Notes under the pieces: generated by a model
Told to the model about the DNA's origin: nothing
The model's database searches: none
What the model saw: the letters and a program-made list of their open reading frames with translations, nothing else
Shown: positions 63,986-64,000 of the stretch, in pieces
How positions within the stretch are numbered: position 1 is the first letter of the stretch
Layout: every line of letters starts with the position of its first letter
Made by a program: the position numbers and the translations under genes
From: Rebecca billardiae RCC1528
Lineage: Eukaryota > Protista > Haptophyta
Direction: 5' to 3'
Assembly: GCA_965240325.2 (NCBI GenBank)
Contig: OZ251242.1
Location: 1,426,001-1,490,000, forward strand
DNA: 64,000 nucleotides

Positions 63986-64000
63986 CGGCCGCGCGTGAAG

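Overview
Eukaryotic nuclear DNA of extreme GC content with short, CG-rich spliceosomal introns (consensus GTGCGC...GCGCAG). Several genes carry signal-peptide-led plastid presequences (PPR, DUF3119), which points to an alga with a secondary plastid; a Pavlovales-type haptophyte is plausible but only inferred. Most long ORFs in the supplied track are antisense or off-frame shadows. Bases 1-55 kb are gene-dense, with about 22 protein genes, many in tight head-to-head pairs: PDS5, a ZC2HC1/FAM164-like zinc finger, an F-box protein, two inverted paralogous secreted Gly/Asp-rich RTX-like repeat proteins, an SGF29-like tandem Tudor protein, a Cys-repeat membrane protein, a FALDH-SFGH fusion, a PsbP-like protein, STEEP1-DUF167, a TPK K+ channel, SmE, DUF3119, an FCP1/CPL phosphatase, three Fe/2OG dioxygenases, PPR, NAA60-like GNAT, a TPR protein and a hybrid histidine kinase. 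Two inverted ~1.63-kb copies of a non-autonomous Helentron/DINE-1-like element lie at ~10.7-12.4 kb and ~48.2-49.8 kb. Bases 55.2-64 kb are gene-poor: a patchwork of decayed duplications, then a 186-bp satellite with a 3-monomer higher-order repeat. The best leads are the head-to-head RTX-like pair, the formaldehyde-detox fusion gene (8-nt microexon, GC-AG intron), a start codon split by an intron, and the DINE-1-like element.
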